Assembly: GCA_027482505.1 (NCBI GenBank)
Contig: JAIXVY010000199.1
Span: 1 to 45,962, forward strand
Source: Opitutaceae bacterium
Lineage (GTDB): Bacteria > Verrucomicrobiota > Verrucomicrobiia > Opitutales > Opitutaceae
Direction of reading: 5' to 3'
Length of the DNA stretch: 45,962 bases
Within the stretch, counting starts at the first letter, position 1. Each line of letters opens with the position of its first letter. The notes under the pieces were generated by a model. It searched no databases and had not been told where the DNA came from. It saw nothing but the letters and a program-made list of their open reading frames with translations. This document shows positions 37,400 to 45,412 of the stretch, one piece after another. The position numbers and the translations under genes were made by a program.

Positions 37400-40300
37400 A
37401 TGAAATTCCCCCTGCCCTCCGCCCGCGCGTGCCTGGCGCTCGCCTTGGCCGGCGCGCTCTCGCCGACGCTCCCCGCCGCGACCACCACTCTCCTCGACCT
37501 CAACTTCAACACCGCCAGCTCCGGCTACGCGGGCTGGGGCTCGACCGCGCTCACCGGCACGCCCGGCGCCGGCGTGTCCACGCTCGTCCCCACGCTGCCG
37601 ACCGACGCGGGCTTCGCGAACAACCTGTTCTCCACCGCGCCCACCAGCGGCTACCTCGCGCTCGCGCCCAACGCCTCCGCGGTCACGTCGAGCACCTACT
37701 TCGGCGGCTGGGCGGCCAACGTCACGCTCGCCACCATCAACAGTCCCTACGTCGCCGGCGGCCTGGGCCAGGCCGACCTCTCCAAGATCTCCTACACCGC
37801 GCGCGTCCGCGCCCGCGGCATGCCCGCCAACGGCGCCGTCGTCATCCTCGAGCTGCGCGGCAGCGGCGACAACCCCAACATCCCCACCGCCGGCTACAGG
37901 CGCCTCCGCTTCGAGCCCGTCCTCCTCGCCGGCAACGACTGGACCACCATCGGCGGCACGCTCGACACCGCCGGCCTCACCGCCGCCAAGGGCTCCACCT
38001 ACGCCTTCCCCGTATCCGCCGCCCAATACACCGCGCTCGTCGAGGTGAGCGGCTTCAACCAGTTCGGCGCCACCGGCTACGTCGCCTACAACACCCCCAC
38101 GGGTCCGTCCAACGGCGGACGCAAGAACCCCGGCTTCGGCTTCACCGGCGGCATCCGCGTGGAGATCGACGACGTGCGCCTCGTCGTCACCGATCCCGCC
38201 ACCACCGGCTACGTCGCGGCCACCACGCCCGCCCAGCTCCTGCGCAACGCCAACTTCAACACCGGCGACGCCAACTGGACCTTCTTCGAGGGCGCCTACG
38301 TTTCCACCGACTCCTGGAGCGAGGACGGCTCCTACTTCGCCCTCATCCCCGGCTGGAGCGGCACGCCCTACGACGGCTTCATGCAGACCTCCATCGCCGT
38401 GAGCCCCGCCAACGGCGACTTCTTCACCGCCACCTTCCGCGCGCGCTTCGAGGCCAACTACCAGGCCACCCGCACCATCGTCGCGTTCATGGACGGCGGC
38501 GGCGTGAACACCTTCCTCGAGGCCGACCTCACCGACGAGATCGCCCCGCGCCTCGGCCAGTGGCACACCTACCAGGCCACGTTCCGCGCCTCCGCCGCCA
38601 ACCTCGCCGCGATGAACGGGCAGATGTCGCTCAAGATCCAGCCGCTCGGCCGCCGCGTAAACGGCACGCCGTTTTCCAGCGTCCTGATCGACAATGTCGT
38701 CCTCTCCCAGGCCGACGCCGCCACCGTCGGCCCGCAGATCGCGGTCAAGGTCGCCGGCGCTTCCCGCCTCAATGGCGAGACCGCCACGCTCCTCAGCCCG
38801 CTGGTCGGCAAGACCACGCCCTACTCGCTCCGCCTCGAAAACCAGGGCGGGCAGGATCTCACCATCAGCTCGGTCAGCGCCACCGGCGGCTTCGCCCTCT
38901 CCGGCGTCACCCTGCCCATCGTGCTCGCGCCCGGCGCCAGCCGCGTCGTCAACATCACCGCCAGCCCGACCGCCCTCGGGCCCGTGGCTGGCTCGCTCAC
39001 CGTGGTCAGCAACGATAAGAACGCCGCCGACCAGAGCATCACGGTCAACCTCTCCGCCACCGCCGTTCCCCTGTCCGACACCTTCGACGGCGCGACCACG
39101 CCCGCCCAGCTCGGATGGTTTACCTTCGCCTCCAGCGCAAACCTCGCCGCCTCCAGCACGCTCACCCAGGCCTCCGGCGCCCTCGTCCTGAACGTCGACT
39201 CCACCAACGACGACTATCCCTGGACCTACATCGTCAGCAAACCCTTCGCCTCGCCCGGCCCGATCGATCTCGCCTCCAGCTCCCTCCAGGTCGCGCTCCG
39301 CGCCCAGGGCGTGTATTCCGGGCTCACGGAAAACAAGGTGCAGGTCCGCCTCGAGTCGCTCAACGCCGCCGGCGGCGTCACCGGCCGCATCGAGCTGGGC
39401 TCGCCGGTCGACGAGACCACCGCGGGCGCGGCCCCCGGCGGCACGGCCTACTTCGCGCCGGACGGCACGCCGGACCGCGTCGCGGTCCGCCTGCCCGAGG
39501 GGGGCTCTTACACCACCGTCGGCGGTCCGCTCGCCTCCACCGGCGTGAATACCAGCTTCGATCCCAACGCCCCCGCCTTCCGCCTCGTGGTGCAGATGAG
39601 CGACTTCGACTTCGACCTCGACGCGGGCAACATCGTCCAGGTCGACGCCATCACGCTCAATCTCAGCACCCGCGCCTTCGGACTGGCGAACGGCGGCTTC
39701 GAGTCCGACGCCACCGACCCCGCCACCGGCGCCGCCCCCTCGGGCTGGCTCCAGTTCCCCGTCGAGGGCGTGAGCAAGAACATCGTCGCCAACGGCGCCG
39801 CCCTCTACAACGCCTCCCTCGGCGCGCTCGACACCGGCGCCCTCTCGTCCGCCTACGCCGGCGCCAAGGTGCTGAAGGTGTATGGACAAAACTACTACGC
39901 GGGTGGCGTCTGGCAGGGGCCGTCCCAGACCGGAACGGTCTACCAGGAGTTCCCGCTCGACGACACCGGCTCGCTCGCCGCCGGCGCGGTGCTGCACGCG
40001 CGCGGCGTCGCCAGGGTGCTCTCCATTGATCCGCTCACCGGCGGCTCCGCCTTCCGCTACGGCTTCAAGTATCTCGACGCCGCCGGCAACGAACTTTCCC
40101 GCGACGTCACCAGCATCACCGCCGGCTCCGTCGCCCTCGACCGATGGATACCGCTCGTGGTCAACGGCACCGTGCCGGCCGGCGCGGCCCGCGTGCAGCT
40201 CGTCTCCGAGTTCGTGCAAAACGCCGCCACCGACGCGGGCTCGGTCTACCTCGACGATCTCTCCGTCGGCTTCGGCGCCGTCGCGCCCTCCGTCTCCGTC

Positions 40301-41386
40301 GGCGGCACGACCTACCACCTCGCCTGGTCGGACGAGTTCGACGGCAATGCGCTCAACCTCGCCCACTGGACTCACGACGTCGGCCAGGGCGTGAACGGCT
40401 GGGGCAACAACGAGGCGCAGACCTATACCACCTCCACCGACAACGTCCGCGTCGCCAACGGCGTGCTCGTCATCGAGGCGATCAAGAGCGGCTCCAGCTG
40501 GACCTCCGGCCGCATCAACACCCTCGGCAAGCGCGGCTTCAAATACGGCAAGATCGAGTTCCGCGCCAAGCTCCCCTCCGGCGTCGGCCCCTGGCCCGCG
40601 GCCTGGATGATGGGCACCGACATCGGCTCCGTCGGCTGGCCCGCCTGCGGCGAGATCGACGTGATGGAGTGGAAGGGCACGACACCCAACGTCGTCGGCC
40701 ACGCCACCCACTCGCCCAGCCGTTTCGGCGGCAACGCCATCTCCACCTCCGCCCCGGTCGCCAATCCGTCCGGCTCCTTCAACACCTACGCGGTCCAGTG
40801 GTCGCCCGGCCAGGTCGTCTTCAGCGTCAACGGCGTCGCCACCGGCAGCTGGTCCACCGTCGAGGCGGGCAATCCCTTCGAGAAGGAGTTCTTCCTCCTG
40901 CTCAACCTCGCCATGGGCGGCAGCTACGTCGGCAACACCATCGACCCCGCCCTCACCTCCGCGCGCTACGAGGTGGACTACGTGCGCGTCTATCAGGCCG
41001 CGCCCGCGCCCGCCCTGAGCGCCTACCAGCAGTATCTCCAGGGTCGCGGTCTCTCCACCTCGCTCGCCTTCGACGCCGACGCGGACGGCGACGGCGTGGC
41101 CGAGGGTGTTCGCTACGCCTTCGGGGACGCCGCGCCCCGCCTCGGCTCCGCGCCCGCCTCGCTGACGCGCGACGGCAACGCCTACACCTACACCTTCGAC
41201 GTGCGCGACGATGCCGGGCTCACGCTCACGCCCGAGGTGAGCAACGACCTCGCCACCTGGGCCACGGCTGCGAACTACACCCTCACGCCGGCCGCCGGCG
41301 CTCCCGCGGGCTTCGCGCGCCGCGTGCTGGTGGTGAACGCCGCCCCGGCCAACCGGGTGTTCTTCCGCCTGCGGGTCGGCAATTGA
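37400..41386 (+). CDS. Multimodular secreted GH16 (laminarinase-like) with CBM-like and Ig-like modules and a C-terminal putative sorting domain
   Basis: Signal peptide. LAWSDEFDG, GWGNNEAQTY, SGRINT, YGKIEFRAKLP, WPAAWM, GEIDVME (ExDxxE), FFLLLNLAMGG, VDYVRVYQ. NANF/NGGFE CBM-like starts. Ig-like LENQGGQDLTISS...GSLTVVSND. Confidence 0.9.
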   Translation: MKFPLPSARACLALALAGALSPTLPAATTTLLDLNFNTASSGYAGWGSTALTGTPGAGVSTLVPTLPTDAGFANNLFSTAPTSGYLALAPNASAVTSSTYFGGWAANVTLATINSPYVAGGLGQADLSKISYTARVRARGMPANGAVVILELRGSGDNPNIPTAGYRRLRFEPVLLAGNDWTTIGGTLDTAGLTAAKGSTYAFPVSAAQYTALVEVSGFNQFGATGYVAYNTPTGPSNGGRKNPGFGFTGGIRVEIDDVRLVVTDPATTGYVAATTPAQLLRNANFNTGDANWTFFEGAYVSTDSWSEDGSYFALIPGWSGTPYDGFMQTSIAVSPANGDFFTATFRARFEANYQATRTIVAFMDGGGVNTFLEADLTDEIAPRLGQWHTYQATFRASAANLAAMNGQMSLKIQPLGRRVNGTPFSSVLIDNVVLSQADAATVGPQIAVKVAGASRLNGETATLLSPLVGKTTPYSLRLENQGGQDLTISSVSATGGFALSGVTLPIVLAPGASRVVNITASPTALGPVAGSLTVVSNDKNAADQSITVNLSATAVPLSDTFDGATTPAQLGWFTFASSANLAASSTLTQASGALVLNVDSTNDDYPWTYIVSKPFASPGPIDLASSSLQVALRAQGVYSGLTENKVQVRLESLNAAGGVTGRIELGSPVDETTAGAAPGGTAYFAPDGTPDRVAVRLPEGGSYTTVGGPLASTGVNTSFDPNAPAFRLVVQMSDFDFDLDAGNIVQVDAITLNLSTRAFGLANGGFESDATDPATGAAPSGWLQFPVEGVSKNIVANGAALYNASLGALDTGALSSAYAGAKVLKVYGQNYYAGGVWQGPSQTGTVYQEFPLDDTGSLAAGAVLHARGVARVLSIDPLTGGSAFRYGFKYLDAAGNELSRDVTSITAGSVALDRWIPLVVNGTVPAGAARVQLVSEFVQNAATDAGSVYLDDLSVGFGAVAPSVSVGGTTYHLAWSDEFDGNALNLAHWTHDVGQGVNGWGNNEAQTYTTSTDNVRVANGVLVIEAIKSGSSWTSGRINTLGKRGFKYGKIEFRAKLPSGVGPWPAAWMMGTDIGSVGWPACGEIDVMEWKGTTPNVVGHATHSPSRFGGNAISTSAPVANPSGSFNTYAVQWSPGQVVFSVNGVATGSWSTVEAGNPFEKEFFLLLNLAMGGSYVGNTIDPALTSARYEVDYVRVYQAAPAPALSAYQQYLQGRGLSTSLAFDADADGDGVAEGVRYAFGDAAPRLGSAPASLTRDGNAYTYTFDVRDDAGLTLTPEVSNDLATWATAANYTLTPAAGAPAGFARRVLVVNAAPANRVFFRLRVGN

Positions 41387-41404
41387 CGCCGCGTTCGCCT
41401 CGCG

Positions 41405-41448
41405 GCCCCGTTCGCGCCCGACCGGGCGCGGGCGGGGCTTTTTTGTTT
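41405..41448 (+). terminator. Intrinsic terminator after the GH16 gene
   Basis: GCCCCGTTCGCGCCC-GACC-GGGCGCGGGCGGGGC (two G-U pairs) followed by TTTTTTGTTT. Confidence 0.85.
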
Positions 41449-41485
41449 ATAGGGGGGCGGGCGCGTCCTGCGACGCGCCACCGCT

Positions 41486-42553
41486 TCAGGCCGACCGCGG
41501 CGGCGCGATCGTCTCGCCCGGGCGGAGGTTGCAGTCCAGCAGGATGTGCTGGGGCACGTCGAAGCGCTTGCGCACCATGTCGGTCAGGCGCTTCGCGCCG
41601 ATCACGCCGATCTGCCGGTAGGGAATCTCCACCGTGCTGAGGACCGGCGAGCCGGGCGGCCGCGCGATGCCGTCGAAGCCCGTCACCGAGACATCCCTCG
41701 GCACATCGACGCCGCGCGTCTTGAGCCACGTGATCAATTCGTAGGCCTGGTGGTCGGCCGCGCAGATCCACGCCGTCACGCCCTCGCGGGTGAGTTTCAG
41801 CACCTGTTCGCTGGCCCGGTCAACCGACGCCGGATCGCTGCCCTCGGCCAGCACGCAGTCCTCGAGGCTAGGCTTGAGCCCGAGGGTGGTGAGTTTTTCC
41901 AGATACGCGCCGTAGCGGCGCAGCGCCCAGCTCGCCTCGACCGAGTATTTCCAGGTGAAAAAACCGATGCGCCGGTGGCCGGCCTCGTGCAGCGCGTCCA
42001 CCAGCCGGCTGATCCCGCGGTGATGGTCCACGTCCACGCAGTCGAGCGGCGCGGTGCCGTATTGCTCGACCAGCGACACCACCGGATAGGTCGCCATCAG
42101 CTCGTCGACCGTGGCGCGCGGGAAGGGGTAGATGAGCAGCACGCCCTTCCACTTTCGCCGCCGCGAGGAGGCGATCTCCTGGCACGAGGAATCGTCCAGG
42201 CCGGAGCCGCGCGAGTGCACGTAGTGCAGGTCGAGCCCGGTCGCCACCGTGCGCAGATACTCGGTCACGCCGATCAGAATCTGCTGGCCCGGATTGTCGT
42301 AGAGGGTGTTCTCGAAGCTCGGCAGATCGACGCAGACCAGCACGCCCATCATGAGCTTTTGCAGCCGCGGGGTGTGCGCCCGGGGCTTGGCCTTTTCCAT
42401 GTGCGAGTAGTTCAGACGCGAGGCCAGGTCGAAGACCTTCGCCCGCGTCTCCGGGCTGATGCCGGGATGGTTGGTGAAACACCGCGAAACCGTGGCGCGC
42501 GACAACCCTAGCTTGGTGGCGATCAACTGCTGACTGGCGCTGGCTTTGCTCAT
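41486..42553 (-). CDS. LacI-family transcriptional regulator
   Basis: SQQLIATKLGLSRATVSRCFTNHPGISPETRAKV (HTH), LHEAGHRRIGF, VPRDVSVTGFDG, LSTV. Start 42553 or 42562; the longer ORF overlaps the next gene. Confidence 0.92.
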   Translation of the reverse strand: MSKASASQQLIATKLGLSRATVSRCFTNHPGISPETRAKVFDLASRLNYSHMEKAKPRAHTPRLQKLMMGVLVCVDLPSFENTLYDNPGQQILIGVTEYLRTVATGLDLHYVHSRGSGLDDSSCQEIASSRRRKWKGVLLIYPFPRATVDELMATYPVVSLVEQYGTAPLDCVDVDHHRGISRLVDALHEAGHRRIGFFTWKYSVEASWALRRYGAYLEKLTTLGLKPSLEDCVLAEGSDPASVDRASEQVLKLTREGVTAWICAADHQAYELITWLKTRGVDVPRDVSVTGFDGIARPPGSPVLSTVEIPYRQIGVIGAKRLTDMVRKRFDVPQHILLDCNLRPGETIAPPRSA

Positions 42554-42664
42554 CCCGTGCATGCGGTAAGTTGTAGAAACAAGGGTGCAACTGAAAACCC
42601 GGAAAAACCCTGCGCTTCCTGCAAGATTACCCTTGTCCGAATGGGATAAAAGAGCCTCTATTTT

Positions 42665-42682
42665 AATGCAATGTAGTGCAAC
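42665..42682 (+). promoter_or_regulatory. GCAA-N5-TGYAAC motif, site B
   Basis: AATGCAATGTAGTGCAAC in the divergent region between LacI and the glycosidase gene. Confidence 0.45.
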
Positions 42683-42721
42683 TTTAGAGTGCGCTACCCG
42701 TTTGCGTCTTCTGTTTTCCCC

Positions 42722-43936
42722 ATGCACCTCGCGCACCCTTCCGTGGTTTCCCTGGCCCCAGGCCCGCAAGCGAGCTGGAGCCTGCTGCGCAACGGCTCCC
42801 CGCTCACCATCCGGGGGGTCGGCGGCGCCGGCCGTCCCGACTTGCTGGCCGCGCTCGGCGGCAACGCGTTTCGCACCTGGCACACCGAGGACTCGCGCGT
42901 GCTCGACGAGGCCCATGCCGAGGGGCTCGTCGTCATGGCCGGGCTGAGCGTGGGCCACGAGCGCCACGGGTTTGACTACACCGATCTCGCCCGCGTGGAG
43001 CGGCAGCGCGTCGACCTGCTGTGCATCGTGCGCGCCCTGAAGGATCATCCCGCGCTGCTGGTGTGGGGGCTGGGCAACGAGACCGAGGGCTTCGAGCGGC
43101 CCGAGGGCAATCCCCTCGTCTGGCGCGAGCTCGACACCCTCGCGCGCCTCATAAAGGAGGAGGACCCGCTGCATCCGGTCTGCACCGTCATCGCCGGACC
43201 CGGGGAAAAGAAACTCGCCTCCTTCCAGCGCTACTGCCCGCACGTCGACATCCTCGGCGTGAACGCCTACGGCGACGCGCACCTCATTCCCGATGCCTTG
43301 GAGCGCGCCGGCGTCACCCGACCCTTTCTCCTCACCGAGTTCGGTCCCACCGGCCACTGGGAGGTGAGGCAGACGCCGTGGGGCGCGCCCATCGAGCCGG
43401 CGGGTCACGAAAAATTCCGCACCTACCTCCAGACCCACCGCGACATCATGGCGCGCGCGCCAGGCCGTTGCCTCGGCACCTTCGCCTTCCTCTGGGGGCA
43501 CAAGCAGGAGGTCACGCCCACCTGGTATGGCATGTTTCTTCCCTCCGGGGAAAAAACGCCCGCGGTCGACGCCATGGCGCTCGCGTGGACCGGGGCCAAG
43601 GCCGCCGATCCCTCGCCCCATATTCTCGGCTTCGATTCCCCGCTGGCCGAGGCCACGGTCGCGCCCGGCTCGGTCCACGAGATTCTCGCGCGCCTCTCGC
43701 CCTCCGCCGCTCCGCTCGAGCTCGACTGGAGGATCCTCGAGGAGAGCTCCGACCGCAGGATAGGCGGCGACCCGGAGCGCGTGCCGCCCGACTGGTCGCG
43801 CTGCGTCCGCCCCCTCGCGGGCAACCGCTGCCGCGTGTCCGCCCCCGAGACGCCGGGCGCGTATCGGCTTTTTCTCTACGCGCGCGACGGCCGGGGCGGA
43901 GGCGTGGCCGCCAACTTTCCCTTCCGCGTGGCCTGA
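42722..43936 (+). CDS. Clan GH-A glycoside hydrolase (GH2-TIM-barrel-like, probably GH158-type beta-1,3-glucanase), no signal peptide
   Basis: LLRNGSPL.IRGVGG, NAFRTW, GHERHGFDY, HPALLVWGLGNE (acid/base), LGVNAYG, LTEFGP (nucleophile), WGHKQE. The GH158 label is from recall. Confidence 0.8.
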   Translation: MHLAHPSVVSLAPGPQASWSLLRNGSPLTIRGVGGAGRPDLLAALGGNAFRTWHTEDSRVLDEAHAEGLVVMAGLSVGHERHGFDYTDLARVERQRVDLLCIVRALKDHPALLVWGLGNETEGFERPEGNPLVWRELDTLARLIKEEDPLHPVCTVIAGPGEKKLASFQRYCPHVDILGVNAYGDAHLIPDALERAGVTRPFLLTEFGPTGHWEVRQTPWGAPIEPAGHEKFRTYLQTHRDIMARAPGRCLGTFAFLWGHKQEVTPTWYGMFLPSGEKTPAVDAMALAWTGAKAADPSPHILGFDSPLAEATVAPGSVHEILARLSPSAAPLELDWRILEESSDRRIGGDPERVPPDWSRCVRPLAGNRCRVSAPETPGAYRLFLYARDGRGGGVAANFPFRVA

Positions 43937-43965
43937 AGCCGCCGGCAGGATGTATTCGAAATATA

Positions 43966-44027
43966 ACCACGAATTTCACGGATACAGGCCAATCTCCGCG
44001 CCTATCCGTGCCCTTCGTGATCGTGGT
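43966..44027. repeat. Short CACG-unit inverted repeat between the convergent GH paralogs
   Basis: ACCACGA...CACGGATA / TATCCGTG...TCGTGGT. Confidence 0.55.
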
Positions 44028-44078
44028 GAAGCCTGACTGCCTGGAGCGTTGGTGCAGGCTGCCCGCGCGCGCCTGTGA

Positions 44079-45386
44079 TCAGGGCGCGGAGGCCTCGACG
44101 AAAAAGGGGAAATTTTCCGCGCTCGCGCCGCCGCGTCCGTCGCGGACCTTCAGAAACAGCCGGTAGGCGCCGGGGCGCGAGGGCGCGATGAACTCCGTGT
44201 CGCCGCCCTCGGCGCGGAGCATCTCGACCTGCACGTGCGGCGGCTCCGCCTCGCGGTCTCCGCCCATTTTGCGATCGGTGCTTTCCTCCAGCACGAACCA
44301 CTCCGCCGTCCACGCGTCGCCGTCGGGATCGCTGATCCCGGCGCGGGCTTGGATCTTCGCGCCCGGGGGCACCTTCGCCAGCCTCGCCGGCGATTCCAGC
44401 CCGCCCACGACCGGGGAACGGTTCTCGGGCCAGCGCCCGGTCCACGCCCGCGCCATCGCGTCCACCGCGGGCAGCTTTTCACCCGTGCGCAGAAACATGC
44501 CATACCACGTCCCCGTGGTCTCCTGCTTCTGCCCCCACACGAAGGCGAAGGTGCCCGTGCAGCGCGGGTCCGCGTTCACCCGCGCATAGGTGGCGGCGTA
44601 GCGCGCGGCCTTGTCCTCGCTCGAGGGCTCGATGGGCGCGCCCCACGGCGCCTGCTTCACCTCCCAGTGCCCCAGCGGGCCGAATTCCGCGAGGATGAAG
44701 GGCTTCGTCCAGCCCGCCGCCGTCAGGTCGTCGGCCAGGGCGGGCGCGCTGCCATAGGCGTTGACGCCCAGGATGTCGATCGAGGGGACGAGTTCGCGGA
44801 TCTGCTCCACCTCGGCCTTCTCCGCCACCGCCACCACCATGCACACCGGATGGTCTGGATCCTCCTCCTTGATGATTTTGGCCAGTTCCTCCAACTCGCG
44901 AAAAATCCGCCGGCTCGATTCCGCGCCCGGCGGACCCTCCATCTCGTTGCCCAGCCCCCAGAGCAGCACCGCCGGATGGTCGCGGTAGCGCCGCACCGCC
45001 GCGCGCACCTCTTCGCGCTGACGGGCCACCTGCGCGGGGTCGCCGTAGTCGAAGCCGTGGCGCTCGTGGCCGATCCAGAGGCCGACCATGGCGGTCAGGC
45101 CGTGCTCCGCCGCGCGGTCGAGCAGGGTGCGCCCGTCCTCGCCGGGCTCCAGCTGGTCGACGCCCCAGGTGCGGATGGTCGTCGCCCCGAGCCGCTTCGC
45201 GAGCGCGAGCTCCGCGTGCCCGCCCACGCCCCGGACCTCGTAGGGCTCGCCGTTGCGCGTCAGCATCCAGCCCTCGCCGCGCGGCTCCACCCGGACCACC
45301 GCCGCCGAGCCCGGGGCCGCCGCCGCGCACGCGCAGGCCAGCCAGGCGGCGAAGCGAAGAAGGAGGCCTATTCGGGGTGTATTCAT
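44079..45386 (-). CDS. Clan GH-A glycoside hydrolase (GH2-TIM-barrel-like, probably GH158-type), secreted paralog
   Basis: Signal peptide RIGLLLRFAAWLACACAAAA. LTRNGEPYEVRGVGG, IRTW, GHERHGFDY, HPAVLLWGLGNE, LAEFGP, WGQKQE. Alternative start 45416 (ATGA overlap with the upstream stop). Confidence 0.8.
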   Translation of the reverse strand: MNTPRIGLLLRFAAWLACACAAAAPGSAAVVRVEPRGEGWMLTRNGEPYEVRGVGGHAELALAKRLGATTIRTWGVDQLEPGEDGRTLLDRAAEHGLTAMVGLWIGHERHGFDYGDPAQVARQREEVRAAVRRYRDHPAVLLWGLGNEMEGPPGAESSRRIFRELEELAKIIKEEDPDHPVCMVVAVAEKAEVEQIRELVPSIDILGVNAYGSAPALADDLTAAGWTKPFILAEFGPLGHWEVKQAPWGAPIEPSSEDKAARYAATYARVNADPRCTGTFAFVWGQKQETTGTWYGMFLRTGEKLPAVDAMARAWTGRWPENRSPVVGGLESPARLAKVPPGAKIQARAGISDPDGDAWTAEWFVLEESTDRKMGGDREAEPPHVQVEMLRAEGGDTEFIAPSRPGAYRLFLKVRDGRGGASAENFPFFVEASAP

Positions 45387-45392
45387 TATAGT

Positions 45393-45410
45393 GTTACAAG
45401 GTTTTGCGAA
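45393..45410 (-). promoter_or_regulatory. GCAA-N5-TGYAAC motif, site C
   Basis: Minus strand TTCGCAAAACCTTGTAAC followed by ACTATAATG. It would be coding if the start is 45416. Confidence 0.35.
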
Positions 45411-45412
45411 AT

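Noticed and set aside
36554-40711. 1385-aa minus-strand ORF
   Set aside because: Antisense shadow of the pilin and GH16 genes caused by high GC3. It is G/A/V/R-rich with no motifs.
36919-41640. Arg/Pro-rich alternative-frame ORFs (36919..39018, 39115..40029, 40144..41640) and similar ORFs elsewhere
   Set aside because: Off-frame products of GC-rich genes that overlap well-supported CDSs.
36534-42682. TTGCA-containing motifs as sigma54 promoters
   Set aside because: They lack the GG-N10-GC spacing. Kept only as a direct-repeat motif.
41486-43678. N-terminal extensions in the ORF track (730-aa LacI; also 21839, 45902, 4595, 5982, 14658 and 17871 starts) as fusion proteins
   Set aside because: The extensions overlap neighbouring genes or promoters and lack motifs. 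Internal ATGs give normal family lengths.
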